The position numbers and the translations under genes are program-made. 64,000 nt of DNA from an uncultured Acidobacteriota bacterium (GTDB lineage Bacteria; Acidobacteriota; Vicinamibacteria; Vicinamibacterales; 2-12-FULL-66-21), in contig CAWKBU010000031.1 of assembly GCA_963847975.1 (NCBI GenBank), positions 280,291-344,290 of the forward strand, read 5' to 3'. Under the pieces are notes generated by a model that was not told the DNA's origin, did no database searches, and was given only the letters and a program-made list of their open reading frames with translations. Shown here piece by piece: positions 58,842 to 64,000 of the stretch (within the stretch, counting starts at the first letter, position 1; every line of letters starts with the position of its first letter).

Positions 58842-61299
58842 TCATTCCGATCGCAGCGCCATCACGGGGTCGATGCGCGACGCCCGCATCGCGGGCACAT
58901 AGCCGGCAAGCCCGGCGACAATCGCGACAACCGCGGCGACCCCGCCGAACGTCACTGGGTCCGACGAGACAACACCGAAGAGCAAGCCCTGGATCGCCTT
59001 CGCGCCCATCCATGCAGCAGGAAGGCCGATGGCCAGGCCGATCGCCGCGAGGGTCATCGTCTGCGTCAGAATCCGACGTTGCATGGCCAGTGGGGCGGCG
59101 CCAAGTGCCACGCGAATGCCGATTTCCCGCGTTCGCAAGCTCACCGAGTACAGATGACGGCATAGAGTCCCAGCGCCGCCACAAGCAGTCCGAAGCCGGC
59201 GAATCCGGCAAGTAACCGCACGATGCTTCGCCTGGTGAATACCGAGCGATCCACGAGTTGCTCCATTGTTCGGAACTCGACTGCCGGCAGCCCCGGATCG
59301 GCACGCTTCAACGCCGCCCGTATGCCGGGGATCAGGCTCGCTGGAGGGACCACGCTCCTCACCACGAGATCAACCGTCTGGTAGTCGCCGGTCTGTCGGA
59401 GCAGCATGTACATTTCCTGACCGGTGTCCCGTTCGAGCGCGAAATAGCGAACGTCGTTGACGATGCCGACTACGCGATAGTCCCGGCCGGAGGCGCGAAG
59501 CACGCGACCCAGCGGGTTCTCATCCGGCCACAAGGCGCGCCCCAACGCTTCGTTGATGACGACGACCCGTTCGGACGACGAGTGATCATCGGCGGTGAAG
59601 CCGCGGCCGGCTTTCATGGCGATACGCATCGCGGAGAAATACCGGTCGTCGATCATGCGAACGAGCGGGTTCGCGCGCGCGTCAGGATCGGTCGGCGATC
59701 TGTGGCTGAGACGGTCCATCCGCGCCACCCGAAGTTGTCGCCGAGCGGCAGCGCGTCGGTCAGGCCAACGGTTTCGATGCCTGGCACCGAGCGAACGTGT
59801 TGAAGGACCGCATCGAAATAGGCGTTTCGCGCCTCGCGCGTCGGATGCTCGAGGCGTGACGGGTCCACCCGCAACGAGATCACGTTCTCGGACGTGAATC
59901 CCGGATCGACGTCGAGGACGCGACTGAGACTCCGCGTGAGCAGGCCGGCGCCGGTCAGGAGGACCGAGACCAGCACGATTTCCGTCACGACGATCGCGCG
60001 GCGCATCCAGCCGCCTCCGCCGGTCGCGCCGCGGCCGCTGCCCTTCAGCGCGTCCTGCGGCGCGGATCCCGAGGCTTGAAGCGCCGGCAGCACGCCGAAA
60101 CAGATCCCTGTCAGCATCGCCACGGATGCGACGAACACCATCACCAGTCCATCCACACGGACGTCCCGGAGAAGTGGAATGCTGGCGCCCTCGAGATGCG
60201 CGATCAGGCTCGTGCCGCCGAACGCCAATGCCAATCCCAACGCCGCGCCACCGCAGGAGAGCGCCAGGCTTTCGACGAGCAGCTGACGGACCAAACGCTT
60301 GCGCCCGGCGCCGAGCGCCATCCGGAGCGCCATTTCCTTGTGCCGCGCCGACGCCCGTGCCAGCAGCAGGTTCGAGATGTTCGCCGAGACCAGGAGCATC
60401 AGGAACCCGACCGCGGCCGCCAGCACCGCAAGCGTGCCGTGAAACCGCCCGCTGATGCGGTCCTGCAGCGGACTCAGGTTCGGACGGAACACGTTTCGGC
60501 GCCGACCGGGTTCGACGTCGGGTGCGGTCCTGCTGATGTGGTCGACGGCCATGGCCGTTTCGGTGGCGGCGGTCCTCAGATCGATCCCTGGTTTCAATCG
60601 GCCGATCACGGCCAGCGTGTTACCCCTTCGATTCGTCTCGGGACTCAGCGGAAATGGCAGGAACAGATCGGCGGGGCGTCCGGGTGAAAACGTGCCGCCG
60701 AAGTCGAACGACGGTGGCAGCACGCCGACAATCGTCACCGGTGCGCCATCGAGGGTAATCGACGCGCCGATCACATCGGCCTTCGCGTCCAAGCGGCGCT
60801 GCCAGAACGCGTAGCTCAGGATCGCTGTTCTCGGTGCGCCCCAGAGGCATTCCTCGGCGGTGAAGTCTCGTCCCAGCCAGGGACGTACGCCCAGCAGCGG
60901 AAAGAAGCCCTCCGTCACAGGCACACCGGTGACGCGCTCCGCTTCGCCGGTGCCGGTCAGCCTGATGTCGCCGACGCCATAGAACGGCGAGAACCCTGCG
61001 AGGCCAACCAGCGACTGGCTCTGCTGCCGCAGATCGACGAGATGTCCGACTTGAACGGCCTGCCTCGACAGGTTCTCCGACGGTCCGTTCGCGACCCAGA
61101 CCAGGCGTCCCGGGTCATCGAACGGCAGCGGCCGAAGCCACAGCGCGTTGACGACGCTGAAGACGATCGTGCTGGCGCCAACGCCAACCCCAATGATCAG
61201 GATGGCGAACGTCGTCAACGCGGCGTCGCGCCGCAAGGTTCGCACGGCATATCGCAGATCGCGCACCAGCGTCTCGACGAGGGACAGGATGGTTTGCAT
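58842..61299 (-). pseudogene. Full-length ADOP-type ABC permease (duplicated FtsX/MacB_PCD architecture), two frame breaks
   Basis: ORFs 59653..61299 (MQTILSLVETLVRDLRYAVRTLRRDAALTTFAILIIGVGVGAST…), 59141..59728 and 58842..59144 (…YVPAMRASRIDPVMALRSE) read consecutively. Switches lie near 59700 and 59143. Confidence 0.75.
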
Positions 61300-61729
61300 C
61301 GACTCGCAGCTCTGACTGAGAGACGCTGCTTAGACGAAAGGCGCCACTCGATTTGGTTGCAAGGAGGCGGGGAGCCAAGACAGAGAGGCGGGTCCCCAGC
61401 ATGAGCAGCGAGTATCGATCAGAACATTACCAGCTGCCATGTCGCGTTGAATGTGTCGAAATCCGAACCCTCGCCGTGTCGTTGTGCCCGTGCTGTAGGC
61501 GAAACTCCTGATTTTACTGCTGACGATCGGGATCGACAGCGCGGCGCCGTAGCGGATTGCGCTGGAAGAATCTCAGGGTTCAGCACGCCATCGACACGGT
61601 CACGCCGCTGCGGACCATGTCGCGTTGACGGCAAGCCACGAGCGCCTTGGAGCGAATAGATTGCGTGGCCCTGAAGGGCCATGACGCCTCTCTGCCGTTG
61701 GCCGCACGCGCGGGATACACGAATGATCG

Positions 61730-61917
61730 GTGCCGAACAGCCACACCGCCCGCGGATGCGTCGAACGTCCAGCGGCGTGGCGGCATCGGCGCACGGCGAA
61801 TGTCCGACGGTGCTGCATGCCACTGATGCTGGGCGTCCGATCTACGCCCGCATGGGTACGCGCCAATCTCGACGCACACACTGGACATGGATGCCGCGCT
61901 GCTGAGCGCACACTGAC
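61730..61917 (+). pseudogene. Possible GNAT acetyltransferase C-terminal remnant
   Basis: QRRGGIGA (motif-A-like) and TVLHATDAGRPIYARMGY lie in different frames. There is no intact ORF. Confidence 0.3.
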
Positions 61918-62020
61918 CTCGGGCTGCGTGCGCAGGCGGTGTTATGACTTGAAAACGCTAGTGGCTGGGTGTTCGGGACGATCTCCGTACGCTATCAGCG
62001 GGCCGGTGGCGCGCCTGACT

Positions 62021-62290
62021 TCAACTGGCGTTGGACCCCGCCTCATCGAAGTGCCCCTTCGACTCCGCCCGTCGGCACCAATCGTCCATCTTCGTAGCCG
62101 TTGATTCGAACGGACTTGCCAGTGCCTCCCAGGCCGGTGTTCGTGCCAGTCCATGTCCAACGAAAGATTGCGTGGCCGCCGTCCTGGCTGACGTGGTCAT
62201 GCACTGCGCGCGTAGCTTCGCGCCCTCTGTGGTCGACCAAGGTTGAGGAGGACCTTCACGACAAGCTGTCGTTCCACCTGGCGATGCAGG
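62021..62290 (-). pseudogene. SnoaL/NTF2-like (ester-cyclase-type) remnant, N-terminally truncated and frame-disrupted
   Basis: AIFRWTWTGTNTGLGGTGKSVRINGYED (ORF 62043..62240), WTIGADG (61942..62160) and ESKGHFDEA (62021..62788 tail) lie in three frames. Confidence 0.4.
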
Positions 62291-62304
62291 AACAGGCAAC
62301 AGCT

Positions 62305-62788
62305 TCACCGGGGTTTCTTTGCGGGATCGTCTGCCGGATTGACGTAATTGATCGCGAATGGCCCGATGCATGCGCTTGAACGACGGTGTTCCCATCGGCC
62401 CACGCGTGGTGCACCATCCTTGCCGGCAGCAGCGCGTACGCGCCGCCACCGAGGGCGGTGGCCGACGCTCGGCGCCGTCTTCGCCGATACCGATCCGGAA
62501 CGTACCACTGAGCACCGTCAGGTGTTCGTCGACGGGATGCCAGTGTGGCGGGATGCGAGACTTGGTCGAGTAGCGAAAGCGGATCACGAAGGGCGATCCC
62601 GCCACGGCCGGATCACCAGAGATGACGGCCATCTCTGCGCCTGGCCGGAGTGCTTTCCACTGAACGGCCGCGGCTGCGACGATAGTGTGGTGGCGAGTAG
62701 TTGGCGGCGGCTGGGCGCGGCCGACTGACATCGACAACAAGCACCCAACGAAGAGCGCGGCGGCACCGCAGCGAATGTCTGGAGCCAT
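62305..62788 (-). pseudogene. Secreted cupin-domain protein, frame-disrupted
   Basis: The signal MAPDIRCGAAALFVGCLLSMSVGRA is followed by the cupin block IPPHWHPVDEHLTVLSGTF (ORF 62021..62788). The C-terminus GPFAINYVNPADDPAKKPR lies in ORF 62305..62508. Confidence 0.5.
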
Positions 62789-62905
62789 GCTGGGATGGTA
62801 ACAGAGCCCGTCCCTGGGCTGTCATGGCGTGCAGCCGCTGCAACCCCACACGACGACCTCACCGCGCTGATTCGATGTAGCATTGCCGCACCGAAGGAGC
62901 CCGAC

Positions 62906-63970
62906 ATGAAGCGCACGGTGTTGACGATGGTGCTGGTGGCTGCAGTGGTAGTGATCGGGCGGGCGTCGCAGGCGCCTCCAAACCTATCGGGCACGTGGCG
63001 TCCACAGAATCCGAATAGCGGACAGGCGAACCCGTTCGAGTTCACCATCACGCAGGCGGCCGACAGCGTGACCATCCGCACGCCGCTCAGCAATCCCGAG
63101 TCGGTGACGCTCAAACTGAACGCCGAGACACGCACGCCGATCAGTGGCCGGGGCGGCTCCACCGCCACGGCGGTTTCGAACGCCGCCTGGGAAGGGGCGA
63201 AGCTGGTGGTGACGACGACGATCACCGGCGGACCCGGCGGCGCCACCAGCTCCGCGAAGCAGGTCTACTCTCTGACCGGCGACACCCTGACACTCGAGGC
63301 GAGCAACTCGCTTCCCGATGGCTCGATGAGCCAGGTGCGGACCGCGACGTACGTGAAGTACACGCCGGTGCCGATGCCGGCTCCGCCAAGCCGCCCGGTC
63401 GAATCGGGCTACACGAGTCTCTTCAACGGCAAGGATCTGACGGGCTGGAAGGCGAGCGCGAATCCCGATTCATTCAAGGTCGAGAACGGCGCCATCATCG
63501 CCAACGCCGCGGGTCAGGCCTCGCACCTGTTCTACGACGGGGCCGTCGGCAACCATTCATTCACGAACTTCGATTTGCGGCTCGACGTGCTCACACGTTA
63601 TCGATCGAACGGCGGCGTCTACGTCATGACCGAGTTCCAGCCGCAGGGGTTCCCCGGGAAGGGCTTCGAGATCCAAGTCAACAACAGCCACAGCGATCGC
63701 ATCCGCACTGGCAGCCTGTACCACATCGTCGATCTATCGAACATCCCGGGCAAAGACGACGAGTGGATACCAATGGAGATCAAGGCTCAGGGGAACACGA
63801 TTACGATCACGGTGAAGGGGCAGGAAGTCGTGCGCTGGACGCAGCCGGCCGACTGGCAAAGCAACTACGACACAGCCAGCCGCAAGATCGCTCCCGGTAC
63901 GATCGCGTTTCAGTCACACGATACGTACAGCGTGACTGCCTACTCGAACATCCGGATCAAGCTGAACTAG
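62906..63970 (+). CDS. Secreted DUF1080 (3-keto-disaccharide hydrolase-like) domain protein with an N-terminal beta-barrel-like domain
   Basis: ATG 62906 follows AAGGAG. The signal is MKRTVLTMVLVAAVVVIG. The DUF1080 text is YTSLFNGKDLTGWK…FKVENGAI…NSGVY-like…FEIQV.N…TGSLY…IAFQSHD…. Confidence 0.8.
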   Translation: MKRTVLTMVLVAAVVVIGRASQAPPNLSGTWRPQNPNSGQANPFEFTITQAADSVTIRTPLSNPESVTLKLNAETRTPISGRGGSTATAVSNAAWEGAKLVVTTTITGGPGGATSSAKQVYSLTGDTLTLEASNSLPDGSMSQVRTATYVKYTPVPMPAPPSRPVESGYTSLFNGKDLTGWKASANPDSFKVENGAIIANAAGQASHLFYDGAVGNHSFTNFDLRLDVLTRYRSNGGVYVMTEFQPQGFPGKGFEIQVNNSHSDRIRTGSLYHIVDLSNIPGKDDEWIPMEIKAQGNTITITVKGQEVVRWTQPADWQSNYDTASRKIAPGTIAFQSHDTYSVTAYSNIRIKLN

Positions 63971-64000
63971 ACAGGTCAAGACAGCCACTCGTTTCAGAAG

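Overview
High-GC bacterial chromosomal segment, most likely Acidobacteriota. The taxon call rests on three ADOP-type duplicated orphan permease loci, a VWFA-related acidobacterial-domain protein, and many TAT-signal Gfo/Idh/MocA and DUF1080 proteins. All function calls come from motif recognition by eye; no searches were run. I resolve about 58 protein-coding loci. They cover housekeeping genes (pgl, msrA, msrB, metX-metY, ychF, an HtrA protease, deoxyhypusine-synthase-like, copCD), envelope and glycosylation genes, an SPFH/zinc-ribbon membrane module, a Fic protein, an ECF sigma/Ser-Thr kinase pair, and a periplasmic oxidoreductase cluster. I recognised no rRNA, tRNA, CRISPR array, transposase or integrase. 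Three things are not explained by ordinary annotation. (1) Many gene junctions hold long imperfect hairpins whose arms are built from short tandem words. Three of these (9357-9605, 19531-19623, 23349-23568) belong to one dispersed GAAGT-word family with conserved termini and a variable microsatellite core, which is MITE/REP-like. Four others (6308-6424, 18364-18462, 22439-22513, 28374-28485) share the architecture but use different words. (2) A 78-bp direct repeat (77/78 identical), consisting of the 3' end of a SurA-like gene, brackets a 5.8-kb block at 40788-46712. The block carries an intact ECF sigma factor beside a heavily broken kinase and a broken esterase. (3) About 20 loci show reading-frame breaks or internal deletions, and these lesions are strongly clustered, while several 1.7-2.6 kb ORFs remain intact. 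From sequence alone I cannot tell pseudogenisation from indel error, so all 'pseudogene' calls carry that caveat.
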